In this document: in pieces, positions 11,181-23,753 of the stretch
Numbering within the stretch: position 1 is the stretch's first letter
How the letters are laid out: every line of letters starts with the position of its first letter
DNA from: Hydrolagus colliei
Taxonomy: Eukaryota
Direction of reading: 5' to 3'
Assembly: GCA_035084275.1 (NCBI GenBank)
Contig: CM068745.1
Span: 40,068,265 to 40,116,000, forward strand
Length of the DNA stretch: 47,736 nt
Position numbers and translations under genes: made by a program
Notes under the pieces: model-generated
What the model was told of the DNA's origin: nothing
Databases searched by the model: none
The model's input: the letters and a program-made list of their open reading frames with translations, nothing else

Positions 11181-11597
11181 TTGCTCTGAGTAAAACTACC
11201 AACTATCTGAGCTTCTTTGATTTCCTTTCAGTCAAGCCCTAAACAGTGACAAAGTAGTGTGTAGAGTGAAGCAGTGTTTACAGTGATAAATTGTTCAAGA
11301 AAGCAATTTTTTGTATGCATAATTAAAAAATGAAACTGGGGTATACAGATTTATTGGTGTTCAGATATGATCTTTTAATAACTTCGAAATAAGCTCTTCT
11401 AGGCTTAAAATCCTCTCTTTGACAGAATATAATTAAGTATTGAGAAAGTGCTTTGTAGTCAGAGGATCCCATTCCTTTATGCATTTCTACCTAGAAATAA
11501 CAATTTGTATCATTTCATCACCAATGTATTTGTAGTCACATTATTTGCATTGCACATATTAGAGATACAGTCTGATATGAAAAGGACATACAAGGTA

Positions 11598-11850
11598 CCC
11601 CAATGGCTCAGTGAGTTTATCCAGCGTATCGCTGAGCCTTATTAGATCTGAATGGTCTCAGGTTAATCTCTCAGTATGGGGTCTCTATGATGCCCTCAGC
11701 TGCATTGACGAAAATGTCCATTCCTGGTTTCTGGCCAGCAGCCCCTGCTTGAGGTGTGGAAGTCAAGTGAAGTGTAACATCCAACATAGTCTGCCAACAA
11801 ATGGACAAACCTGCACATAAATAATGGCCACTGCAGTTGAGTATAAAAGA
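11598..11850 (+). mobile_element. Old tRNA-derived SINE remnant (different family)
   Basis: TGGCTCAGTG A-box-like start and GGTCTCAGGTTAATC B-box-like motif. Highly decayed. A possibly related piece lies at about 45260-45375. Confidence 0.35.
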
Positions 11851-12539
11851 ACACAGTCAGCAATTGTCAGCAAATTTCTAATTTGCTGCACTTAAGTGTT
11901 GACTGGTCTAACACCTCATTGTTTAATGTCAGTTATTGTTGCAAAATGGCTACAGATTTCCAATGCTTCCAGCTAATCAGTCCCAACCCAGATTAAACTA
12001 TGGAATCAACCCGGTGGCAATCATTGGCCTCAATTTGATGATTACGTGTATAACCACACTTTACATGCATCTCTTCCACAAGGTTCATTGAGGGAATTAC
12101 TAACATCTTGTAATACTGGGGGATTTTTTTTCACACATTTCTTCTTCGGTGCTAAAATTTTCAAACAATATGATTTATATTTGATAAATCTGTCTATTGT
12201 CTGCAATTAACCATGCAGCATACTATATGATCACAAAAACAATCTTTTAATTCCATCTTTATAATGCAGAGATTAGCATTCAAGTTAAGAAAGAACATGC
12301 TTTGACAATTGATTGCAGTGGCGTTTTTAATGAACAACTTACAAATATCTCTGGATACATGCAGGCAAGTTATCATAAACTTTACATGAAAATATCAGCT
12401 TGGTTTGGATACTAATAAGTATGGTGATGGGTTTCTGCATGCGCCACACTTCTGGCTGCAAATATATATATAAAATGATATACTGTATGTATATATTTTA
12501 CCTTATGTGTATTTGTTGGCAAAAGTGGCATGCAGTTTG

Positions 12540-12885
12540 TGAACAATGGCATTCCACCATTAGCCATGAAATGAATGAGCAATTTTATTTTGGAGATTGT
12601 TAGCGAGAACTCTGAGAGAAACCCTCTGCTCTGTTCAAATCATGAAATGTACAACAACAACAACTTTGATTTATATAGTTGTACCCTGGCAATGTACCTT
12701 TAACATGTAGCTGAACAGACAAGAGCCTGGTTTAATGTCTCATTTAAATGATAGTATTTAGAACAATCCAGAGCTCCCTCAGCATGACATTGGATAATCA
12801 ACCTGGACTGTGAGTTTAAGGATCCGATGTGGGCTTGAACCCATAAGCTTCTGACTCAGAGGCAAGATTGCAGTACTATGAGATT
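12540..12885 (-). mobile_element. Deu-domain SINE with tRNA head, interrupted by a short L2 tail (about 12650-12685)
   Basis: GGTTTAATGTCTCAT (reverse complement of the Deu motif) and GGGCTTGAACCCA...TTCTGACTCAGAGGC (reverse complement of the B box/head). Confidence 0.65.
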
Positions 12886-12999
12886 GACACCGGCTTGCTC
12901 TGAGCACCTACTGGCATTCTCTATACAAATGAATCAAATACTGTACTAGGGAACCACAGATTAAAAAAATAACTAGCAAGTGGGGAGGGAAAAGCAAAA

Positions 13000-13245
13000 G
13001 GAAATTTTTGCATAAAGGATAATAGAATTATACAGTGTTGCCAAGGAAAGCCCATTGATTTCCTCGAATATTGATTTCCAGTACAATTGGGTTAACTAAA
13101 CAGCTGAATACATTTGTGGAAAAGTTATAGATTGAGAGATACAGCAATAAGGGGATTAGGTGGGATTGAGAAAACAAAAAAAAATGGGTGGGCAGTTTGA
13201 AATTAATGTCCTTACTCTGTTCCTAAAAATATGTTGTGTTCTGAA
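13000..13245 (+). mobile_element. Old CR1 3' end remnant
   Basis: TTGCCAAGGAAAG...GGTGGGATTGA...CCTTACTCTGTTCCTA...ATGTTGTGTTCT resembles the CR1 ORF2 end and 3' UTR. Confidence 0.4.
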
Positions 13246-14179
13246 TATCTTTAAAAATGTAGGGAACATTAGCTACAAAAGCATAATTATACCCAAACAG
13301 AGTTATAAAATGAGAAGACCATAATCAACTTTCCATCATCGTCATTGGGGTCTCATACTGGATCCCCAGTTGAGGAGATTGTAATAATTTCTGTTGACTG
13401 TATCGTCAAAAGTTGTGGAGGTCCAATTATTATTTGTTCACTTTGTTGGTATATACATTAATGGCACATAAATACAAATGTCTAAATTTCTGAAAGTTCA
13501 TATTCCATGCTGCAATGTTTCACCTCTGCAAATGTAATTCAGTGCTCAGATGCTTAGTTTTTTTTATTCTTCCCCTGTGAAACCTAACTACACTATATCA
13601 CATCATTCCATTACTTGCATGTAATGTATTTAGACTGGAGGAGCTTTTATTATTATTATTATTATATTTCAGGGACTGGCCAAATGCTAACCTTTTAGCA
13701 AATGGTAGGAAAAGCGAGGGAAAGTGAGTTCCCAGTAGGGCTATTCAGTGCATTAAGCCAGCATTAGAGCAAAATTCTTAATGTAGTTTAGGTAATAAAG
13801 ATAAATCTTATTTTATGTGGTGTAAGTTTTTTAATGTAGGGTTCATTTTCTGTTAGCCTTCCTATCCTATTGCATTTCTTAAAATTGGCATAATATTTTA
13901 GTTTATTATACTTATAAGCATTTACTTTATGGAAGCCGTGTATAAACCTTATTTGAATGTTATGTAAAAAATCAGGTATCAGTGTTGTTTGAAGGAAAAT
14001 TGTAGCTTTGTTAGTTGAATATAAGAGAGTGTGGAACAATAATAAGGCCACCTGGACTTTTAATCTGCCTTTGCCAAAGACAAAAAATATAATTCACCGT
14101 CTTCACCTATACCCCAAAGCCAATATATATATATATTTATAAAGGTTTGAAGCCAGGAATCTGTATTTGTTTAAGTACG

Positions 14180-14390
14180 GAGTCAAGATCCTTGTCCTCA
14201 CTTTCAGTGCCCTCCACGCACTAGCCCCTTCCGCCCTACCATCGGCTGCCGAGCTTTCAGCCTCTCTGCTCCTATGCTTTGGAACTCCAATCCACAGTCC
14301 CTTCGTCTTGGTTCCCACCTCTGCCTTCTTGCAGTCCAGTCTCAAGATTCTCTTCTTCGACCGTGCCTTGAATCGCCATCCCCATAGCGT
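14180..14390 (+). mobile_element. L2 ORF2 C-terminal fragment
   Basis: KILVLTFSALHALAP; CCCTACCATCGG...GCTTTCAGC...TGGAACTCC; LKILFFDRA. Confidence 0.75.
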
Positions 14391-14784
14391 AACATGAAGT
14401 CCCGATTTTTCCTCTCCCCCAGCATCACAAAACATATTGTGAATCATTAGAATTTGTTTGTCTCTGTTTGCATTCAACCCTGTATCCAATACTGTGCTCA
14501 TCAAAGTAATCAAGGAGATAATAGACTTGTTATGAGTGGGTTCTTAGTTTTTTTTGGACTGATTTATAAATCAAGGACATATTGAATCAAGAAAATAAAG
14601 GTTGGCTACCAATGTTGTATATGGACATGCCTGATTTTACACATCCATTCTTTATTTTTCTAAGCCCTTTATATGGCACAGCTGATCATAAGATGGTGGT
14701 TGTAGAAAATGTTATCAAGCATCCTTTGTACAACTGCACTTGCTGACTGTGCAAAGGTACTTTAGGCATGCTTCCTTCCTTTCT

Positions 14785-15030
14785 TTAGATGAGATGTTAA
14801 ACCACAAGCCTCTTTTATAGCAAGTGGAGAATTCTCTTGATGTATTGATAGATAGCCTTTCATCTTACAAAGTTGCATAGCTGAATTGGTCATTCTTGTC
14901 ATTACTGCTTGCGAGCTCCTGCTAGAGCAATCACCTGCTTTTTCTTACACAACACTTGAAATTAATTGATGTTATGTGAAATGTTTTAAGATGATTAGAT
15001 GTGATATGGGGCTATATCAAATGGATTTTT
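14785..15030 (+). mobile_element. Decayed Deu-domain SINE
   Basis: GATGAGATGTTAAACC ... GGTCATT ... GCTATATCAAATG. Confidence 0.45.
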
Positions 15031-15266
15031 TTTAGACATAATTCACTTAGGGAATGTAAGAATACTGCGATTGTATTGATCACTACTTAGACAGTAATAG
15101 CAGCTGTAATCACTGAATCGAAGAATAATATCTCTGGCTTATTTTGATGACATTAACTGATATCAAGAGATGGAGAAATCAGATGATTTTACAATTATGT
15201 GTCTGGCTTCATCTGACTAAATACTCTTGGCAATTGTTCAGAAGACCTGGGTTTGATTCCCAGGTA

Positions 15267-15537
15267 GTAATAATATTAATAATAATCCTTACATTTGATA
15301 TAGCACTTTTAATGTCTTCTATACGTCTCAAAGAGCTTTGCAGAATTTACTGTAAAGTCAGTTGACTGTATTTATGTGAACGAAACGCAGCCGCCAATTG
15401 CACAGAGCAGTGGTCCGCAAACAGTAGTGGATTGAAATAACTAATTATTATTTGTTTTTTTTAGGGATTATTATTAGTGGTGTGAAATAAGGAAACTTGC
15501 CCAAGATTTCACCCTCCCTGGAATTTAACCTAGGTCT
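15267..15537 (-). mobile_element. tRNA-derived SINE (most of body and tail)
   Basis: AATAATCCTTACATTTGATATAGCAC ... AAGGAAACTTGCCCAAG ... AACCTAGGTCT. A plus-strand head fragment abuts it at about 15243-15263. Confidence 0.8.
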
Positions 15538-15680
15538 AACCACAGAAGGCACGGCGAAATATTACGCAAGTTTCCTTTCTTCACACACTGCTGTTTACGT
15601 AGCAGGGAAATGGTTTTTAGGCGATTGGCAGATTGCATTTCCGGAAGTAATAATCCCTTCAAAAAATAACTGCATCATTT

Positions 15681-16678
15681 ATTCATAGATTCATAGAATT
15701 TTACGGCACAAAAGGAGGCCATTCGGCCCATCTAGTCTGTGCCGGCTCTTTGAAAAGAGCGATTCAATCCCACTGCCCTGCCCGCTCCCCATAGCCTAAT
15801 AGACCTGTTCTCCCTAAATAAAGATCTAATTCCCTTTTAAAAGTTGTTATCGAATCAGCCTCCACCACCTTTTCAGGCAATGCATTCCATATTCGAACAA
15901 CTCGCTGAGTGAAAAAAATTCTCCTCAGCTCCCCTCTACTTCACCTTGAAACTATTTTAAATCTGTGACCACGAGTCACAGATTCGCCCACAAGTGGAAA
16001 TAGTTTTTTTCTATTTGCCCTGTCGAAACCCCTCATGATCTTATAAACCTCTATTAGGTCTCCCCTCAATCTTCTCTGCTCCAGAGAGAATAACCCTAGC
16101 CCATCTAGCATCTCCTCATAGCTGAAGTCCCTCAATCCTGGCACCATCCTAGTAAATCTTCTTTGTACCCTTTCCAAAGTCTTCACATCCTTTCTGTAGT
16201 GTGGTGACCAGAATTGAACACAGTATTCCAGCTGTGGCCTCACCAAAGTCTTATAGAGGTTAGTCAGCACTTCCTGACTTTTGTACTCTATACCCCTATT
16301 TATAAAGCCTAGTATCTCATATGCCTTCTTAACAGCCTTGTCTACCTGTCCTGCCACCTTCAACGAGTCACTAACACAAATCCCCAGGTCTCTCTGTTCC
16401 TTCACACCATTTAAAATTTTACTATCTAGCCTATATTGCCTCCCTTCATTTCTTCTCCCAAAATGCATCACCTCACACTTCTCTGCATTAAACTTCATCT
16501 GCCATGTGTCTGCCCACTTTACCAATTTGTCTATATCCTCTTGCAGATGGCTACTATCCTCCTCACTGTTTACTATTCTCCCTAACTTAGTGTCATCTGC
16601 AAACTTGGAAACTGTACTCCGTACACCCAAGTCCAGATCATTGATGTAGATTACAAACAGCAATGGTCCCAATGGTCC
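15681..16678 (-). mobile_element. 5'-truncated CR1 LINE with intact 3' UTR and (CTATGAAT)n tail
   Basis: RT ORF, 3' UTR GCTCTTTTCAAAGAGCCGGCAC...GGGCCGAATGGCCTCC, and an octamer tail. Confidence 0.95.
15764..16670 (-). pseudogene. CR1 ORF2 C-terminal part (reverse transcriptase domains 4-7 and C-terminus) with one premature stop
   Basis: LGPLLFVIYINDL, KFADDTKL, WQMKFNAEKC, LYKTLVRPQLEYCVQFWSP. A TGA at 15941-15943 is followed in frame by SRGELRRIFFTQRVVRIWNALP...GQWD*. Confidence 0.92.
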
Positions 16679-18574
16679 CATTTGGGTCACTTAATCCATG
16701 ACTGTAACAATGGGACACATTAATACATTGCTACAGAGAAATTAATACAATGCTGTGCAGTGTAGGTGGAATGAAGTGAAAAATAATAAAATAATCTGTC
16801 GCTTAAATTTTACCCAACTCAGATATGAGGCTTGCACAGTGGTATATTTCAAATTTGTAAACATGAATTACACACAAACAGATTTTGTAATAGTAATCTG
16901 AGGTTGTATTTTTTGTACCAATCAATTTGACATCAATGCATACCTTACTACTATCGGATAAAAACAACAAAATAATAAGAAGAAGAAGAACAAAATTATG
17001 CTTGTATGGGAGGAAGACGGTCCACTTCAGGAAAGAAACAAACAACTGAAGATGCAATTGTGAATCAAAACCTATAAGAGCCGACATCAGCAAGGACCAT
17101 GATTCTTACCTTTTAATACATTGTATTGCGTTGTTCTGTGTCACAAGCACCTATATTGATCTGTGTTACATGAAAACGCTATCCTTGCAATGCTTTAGTC
17201 TCTTTGGGCATGGTGAATTTGTGTTTGCCAGTGAGAGAATTTTGGATTGGGAATAAGAAGGTTTCCCATAGTTTGTACTGTACGTACCTACTTTGAGCAA
17301 TCCCAATTCAGGTAGGAATGATCCAGGATAAAACCCCTCTATCTGTCCAAGTAAAGTATTATAACTACAAAGAAGTCTGTTACATCAGTGGACTTTCCAT
17401 TCCAGCACCAGTTATTCCTGTGACCTCTCAGAGATAATCTGTCTAATAGTATGCATTCCTTATAAAGCCAGTTCCCGGAGATGAAAGAACAGTCTTCTAA
17501 TTGAGAGCACCACCCTGTACCCAAATCTGCATTATTCTGTGTCAGCATGTACAGATTGTTTCATGTAATTTTGTACCTCCAGGGTTAGATATCCAATTAT
17601 GTTATTAACCTCTGATGTTTCATTCCCATTGTTCTTCATTGTAAAGCCGCTTGAGCTCAAAACAGCAGCAGACATTTTTCAAAGATACTAACGCAAAGGA
17701 GAAAAAAAGTACAAAATATCCAGTGGGGATAAATCAATTAGAACTATACTTGTGGCTTATTTGAGGCTGTGCTTTTCATGTTTGTGGAAGCTCCAAACCA
17801 CATAATGCATGCAGTCTATATTTTTTCTTTTTCACCTTTGAATTTCATATATTTCCACTTTTTTCTACACTTTACATACTATTCACTTGCTGATTCTCTA
17901 ATTTCTTTTTCCACGTTTGCTTTTAACATTTGGTTCTTTTCTTCTGTAAGCCCTTTCTAAATTGCATTTTTCTGAATTGTCCTTTCCTGTGAGCTGCAAA
18001 TGATAATGTTCTGAGTGCTGCTCATCACAGTAAAAAAAAATTGCTTCAGGTTAACAGCAGTAGATCCTGGATTAGAAAATTGATGGAAGTAGAGAAATGA
18101 ATCACTTTGACAACTGGATGGGACAGACGAGCAGATACTCCAAATGCAAGAAAAAAACATTTAGCCCATTCAGCATACACTTAAGGGTAATCTAATTGCA
18201 TTGGAATAGAACTGATTTTTTTTAAAAATCTTAAAACGAATGCTAACTGGTGTATGAAAAATGTTAGACTGACTTGTAAGAATGCATGTTTTGTGAATGA
18301 TTTGACTTGTGTAAATGCCAATATTTATGCTAACTCAAATACATTCGCAAAACATGGGCAGATTTTACATAAAACATAGGAAAAAGCAGATCGGCATAGA
18401 CACTGGTACAATGTGTGCAGACCATCTGGGAGCAGAACTGTGATTAGTTAAGGACATGGAATTAATATTGTGTGAAGGTGCGATACTCTGCATTTGCAAA
18501 AATCAGGCTTATTTAAGCTATCATCATTTTTAGAAACAAACAATATCAGCTAATTATTTTCACCTCATTCACCT

Positions 18575-18643
18575 CTGTTTCACCTTAGGACATCCTCCTG
18601 ACATAAACAGCGATATTCAAGTGTAATTTTTGTTGTTGTTGTT
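18575..18643 (+). mobile_element. L2 3' terminal fragment
   Basis: CACCTTAGGACATCCTCCTGACAT...AAGTGTAATTTT(TTG)n. Confidence 0.65.
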
Positions 18644-18752
18644 TTATTAACTTGCAAACTTACTGTTTAGATCTGGCCAATAGTTTTCCTCTCATTTTTC
18701 ACTGGCTTAATGTCCAACCCATCTATTTTAAGTATATGTGAAGGTCACTGTT

Positions 18753-19268
18753 GAATCCTGCAGCTCAGTTTTAGAGCACTCGCCTTACAAGCGAGAGATC
18801 TGGGTTCAATTCCTGGCAGGTTGAGATAATCCCTCAAAAAACACAATAATAAAATTGGTCATTTCAACCCACGTCTGTTTGTGGGATACTGCTGTGTGCA
18901 ATTGACTGCCACATTTCTCCCACGAATAGACAGTCAATTCACTTTACAGTATATTCTGTGAAGCGCTTTGAGACGTCGATAAGACATGAAAAATGCTATA
19001 TCAAATGCAAGGATTATTATTATATTATTATATATATTGGGTAAGTTTCCTTACCCCACATGCCTAAGACTAATCCCTCCCCCCAAAATTAAATAAATAA
19101 ATAATAATTTGGTCACATAATTCACGATTGTGTGCAAAATGGCTGTCGTGTTTCGCCTACAAATATACAGTCAATTCATTTTACAGTATATTCTGTGATG
19201 TGCTTTGAGACATCTAGAAGACTTGAAAAACACAATATCAAATGTCAGGATTATTATTATTATTATTA
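18753..19268 (+). mobile_element. Two tandem or nested copies of the tRNA-derived SINE
   Basis: One head (GCTCAG, CTCGC-CTTACAA-GCGAG, GGTTCAATTCC) followed by two Deu-like bodies, each ending in GGATTATTATT. Confidence 0.85.
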
Positions 19269-20899
19269 GATTGTTGTAAGTTGTTACGGTGGCGATGTAG
19301 TTTCCAATCTTCATATACCAGTCTCTTAGTTCCTGTCCTCATCTCTTCTGGTGGCTATGAGTGTAGATGTCAGTTCCTCCTGCCACTTGCTTTACCAGAG
19401 CAGTGACAGAGATCCAAGTTGATTCAACTCTTGTATCAAGTGGCAATTTAATTCCATAAAACAAAATACAGTGTCTTCACTTTATATTGTATGACTTCTT
19501 TATAACATTGTAATCCAATTCCCAAAAGCTTGTTCAAGAAAATAATTCACTGCTACAGAAATGTGGGATTTATAATGATAATTATGTCTTTTTACTCGTG
19601 CCAATATTTCAAATTTAATTAATGAAGCAGGAATGAAAGAAGACTTATTTTCCCCTAAAGCTCAAAAATTTATTATTCATCCATAATCAACATCCTTCGA
19701 TTCATACTTCATATTTGTCTGAATGATATACCTTACAAGGTTTTCAAATTGTCATATCAAGGGTAAACAGTAAAAATGTAACACAGCTGCTTTTCTTTGC
19801 ACTGTTTCCTATCTGTATTTGTCATCTTAAGTAGTTGTCTTGAAACAAAGCATGTTTTCTCTTTTCATAGGATAATATCACCACATATTGCATTCCATGG
19901 AATGAGATTTTTGGAATGAGGTTACAATATTTGCCATTGGATCAAGACCTCTGTATCAGCGTTATTGTAAGACCTGTTATAGAGTGAGGCAGAATACTTG
20001 AAGAGTCTTTACCTTCAGATGAATTTCCATCTATTGAAGCAGCCCATTGTCCAATAGAATCACTCAATCTATCCATTGTTCCCAAATGCTTCGTTTATTT
20101 TGTTCTTTTTTTTATTAACACATGCATGTAACTCACATTAATGGCTTTGCAGGGCATGGCCAATACTTTCTGGTAGCTCATTGTCAATGGAAAGATATTG
20201 ACTCCGTCAATGCATGATGTTTCCAACATGTTTAGAATTCTGTTGGCCTTGTATTTTGATTGCCATGTACCATAACTCCTCCCCAAAAATGCAACTGAAG
20301 GCCTGCGGCCATCCTGCCCGCCTGCTTCCTCTCTCTGATGAACCAATTCTAAAAGGCATTTCACATTCTGAAAGGCAAATGGATATCCTGACAACTGTGT
20401 CTCCCAATCTCTGGCTCCCACAGTCAGATAGTGAGCCACATGACTGATGAGAGAGAAAGGGGAATGAGAAAGAACAGCGTTTCAGGTTTCACTATCAGGA
20501 CAGACAATCAGAGCTTTGCTCGGCCACCACCAGGGTGACCGAGGAAAGATATTGTTCTCGATGCTGTGCAGTTTCCTCACAGCAACCTCCCTCTTTACCC
20601 AGTGAGAAACTTCTCTACAGCTACTCTCGCACGCACAAACACACACCACTGCAATTGCATAGCAAACACTGGTTTGCTTCATGTCTCCTCACACCATTTG
20701 CCTCAACCATTGCCATTCTGCCCCCATTCTATGAAGCTCCATTCCCGAAGTCCCTCGAACTTCCTCCTTCCTCTCTTTCAAGGCATGTCATCATTTCTCC
20801 ATTGCGGAACCCTCAACTCCCATCCCCTCTCTGAGTGCCCAGGTGGCAGTGACAAGCATTTGAGATTTCCTCCTGATAATAATAAAAATAATGAGAATA

Positions 20900-21018
20900 T
20901 CATTATATTCTTTTGGAGGGATTTATTATCAGGCATGTGGAGGAAGGAAACTTGCCCCTGATCTGCCTGGAATTAAACCCAGGTCTCTAGCCTGTGAGGC
21001 GAATGCTGTAATTACTGG
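20900..21018 (-). mobile_element. tRNA-derived SINE, 5' half
   Basis: GGCATGTGGAGGAAGGAAACTTGCCC...AAACCCAGGTCTC. Confidence 0.7.
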
Positions 21019-21148
21019 TTTTGTTTATAATAATGATGATGATGTGAAAAGGGAGCTGTATGAATATGCTATTTTTTCTGGAAGGAATCACAAAAATATT
21101 GCTTGTGCCATCCACAGATGTTTCTCCTGGCACCCAGCCCTCAGCATT

Positions 21149-21450
21149 TACAACAACAAAATTACATTTTTAGAGCGCCTTTCATCTTGGGAGGATGTCC
21201 CAAGGTACTTAGCAGTCAAGTTGGGACCCAAGCAAGGGGGAGGGGCAAGGTAGCAGGGAGGGGCGGGAGAGACTTCAATGGGGATGGAGTGTTGGGAGGG
21301 CAGCAGAAGGCACGATCGAAGAGGAGATTCTTGAGACCAGCCTTGAAGGAGGCAAGGGATGAAGCGAGGTGAAGGGACTGTGGGATTGAGTTCCAGAGTG
21401 CGGGGGAAGAGAGGCTGAAAGCCCGTGCATTGATGGTAGGACGGGTAAGA
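21149..21450 (-). mobile_element. L2 LINE 3' region
   Basis: Nearly colinear with 6558-6870 (tail, GGAGGGCAGCAGAAGGC, CTTGAGACC, GAGTTCCAGAG). Confidence 0.85.
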
Positions 21451-22867
21451 CGGCTAATAATTTAGGAAGTACAGTATTTAACAAGTATTTTGTTATTTCA
21501 ATTCAATGATGATTACTGATGTAATCTTTTTTAAAACCCTGCTTACATATTTCCTAGGTGTACAGGTAGTTAAATTTGTTTTATTACTTTCATTTTAATG
21601 CCTTAGTGATATTTTACACCACTTACCAAACAATGTATGGATTTTTGTAAATTCAGCACTGTTTGACTTAAAAGCCTTTGGCTTCACTGACCTCCTTGCT
21701 GTGTCCATTGAGTGCGGACATTACTGTTAATGGATTATATTGACTCAGTGAAAGGATAACCAGCAAGATAGAGGATGGTCAATACCTTTCCATTTAATCT
21801 TAATTAGATTAACACCAGTTCAAGTCTTGATTGATCCTATTAAAGGCATTCAGAATGTGTAGGTCATTGCTGTGCTTCTGAATGGCCAGAAATGTGTTGA
21901 GGTCTGGAAGAGGTTCTTTCTGTGTTGTTTGTAAATGAATGAGAGAATAGATCTGTCAAATCACATTTTATGCCATAAATAAAAGGAAGAAACTTGTAAA
22001 TCAGTTTAATAATTTGAATATTTATTGTAATCTTCAGCTAGCATCAGCAATGATGTGTGAGGAGGACATTAAAGTATTAGTGGCATTTTATTTTCATGAA
22101 ATCTACACTGTTTGAATCTTAAACTCAACCTATATCAAATAATAATGAATTCTCATTCAGATTCTCTGCCTTTTTTTCATTTTGCAGTAAGAAATCCCAA
22201 ATTTCACTCTCCATCATAGTTTATCCTCTTTCTCTATTGAACAGGTCCAACACCTTTTTCTACGATTATGGTCTCGTTCCCTGGACATCAATCTGACACC
22301 TTCCCCATTTGGCCATTATTGCCCTTAACTAATCCGGATTCTATCTGACATACCTATCTGCTTCAGGTCTAAGAATCCCAGTTGGTTTTCCTCTTTCTTG
22401 ATCAGCAACACAATGGCAACATTACTGCTATTACTGCATTACTCGAATTACTTACTCACCACAGTCTTGTATTTGAAGCTGCAATGTGCTGTCTGTGGTT
22501 CTAAAAGGTTTCTGGGCTATATGTGGAGTTTATTGTCCTTTGATTATTTTGGCTTGTTAATGTAGTTCTTCAAAATATAGGATTTTTTCCCCCATTCTTT
22601 CAGAAACCTTTTAGAACCATAGAAGAAACACTATGAAAAACTGAGTGTTTTTGCAATTTAGTCCAGAGAGAGAGGAGATTGTGACCATTAAGAGTTATCC
22701 CTCAGAAAAGGTGTTTTATCTCAGTTAGATATTCAAGCAATATTTAGACAATTGCTTGATGTTTAGACCAAGATTCATCATTACTTTCTTGGTTAAAATT
22801 CAAGACCCTATTAGATGTATATAACATATCTGATCGTGTATATTGTTCTGTAAAGGTCTTTCAAATG

Positions 22868-22909
22868 GACTAATTGCTTCCCCTTTTTTTTCTCCAATTC
22901 TAGGTAAGT
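22868..22909 (+). promoter_or_regulatory. Composite 3'ss/5'ss (candidate recursive splice site)
   Basis: Branch-point-like CTAAT (22870-22874), an AG-free pyrimidine-rich tract, TAG (22901-22903), then consensus GTAAGT (22904-22909) directly after. Confidence 0.55.
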
Positions 22910-23491
22910 GGTGAAGTACATGGCTTCCTTGTTTCCTGCAGAAAAGAAGCCAGTCAGATGCAGTGGAATGCATTGTTATTCAGGAGGTATTCACAGTAAG
23001 GGATGTTTTTTCTGCTTTCTGTTGCAAGAGAACCATGCAAGGTACTTACTCGAATATTGATTCTGTGATGCAAATGGGTTGTCAGCTGCTCTGCTACCCA
23101 TGAGATGTAGTGTGAGATATTGTATTGCATTAAGTGTTATCGGTGTCAAGATAAGGTAATAAGGAACATGTTTACTAATTTCCTGATTCCCCCTCCCTCC
23201 CACGCCCACACACATGTTCCCAAGAAGTGGAAGAATATATACATATACGAAGGATCAAAAATGTTACATTTATGATGGTCTCAGATTTAATATAGATAGA
23301 CAAAACTTTGGAGCTGCGCTGGTTTGGGGTTTTCCGCTTTGAAGAATTTTCTGGTTTGATAGCTCGAGTTGGACCACAATCATGCAAAACAAGTCTTGCA
23401 TCTGAAAGCAATTCATTGTCCACGTTGAAATATCCATATGGTTTCAAAATGGAATAAATGCATTTTCACTTGGAAACCATTCTGGTCCTCT

Positions 23492-23753
23492 CTGTTAATA
23501 ATCTGGCAAAGAATTGTGGCTTTTTTAAAAAAAAAGTCAAATGATGAAAAGAAAATCTATCTCATGGATTTCCCCCTAGCCCCCCTTCCACCCAAATCAC
23601 CTCTAATTATTGAAGAATTAATAAAAAAGGAACAGGTAGTGTACTCTCTTTCCAATGACTCTTCTCTGTCCGTGTATCACAAATGTATCACATTTCTTTT
23701 CATCATTTGACTTTTTTTTAAAAAGCCACAATTCTTTGCCAGATTATCAACAG
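23492..23753. mobile_element. MITE-like/foldback element with about 63-bp terminal inverted repeats
   Basis: CTGTTAATAATCTGGCAAAGAATTGTGGCTTTTTTAAAAAAAAAGTCAAATGATGAAAAGAAA (23492-23554) versus its near-perfect reverse complement (about 23693-23753). Confidence 0.75.

Noticed and set aside
16281-16649. 122-aa plus-strand ORF
   Set aside because: Antisense shadow of the CR1 RT.
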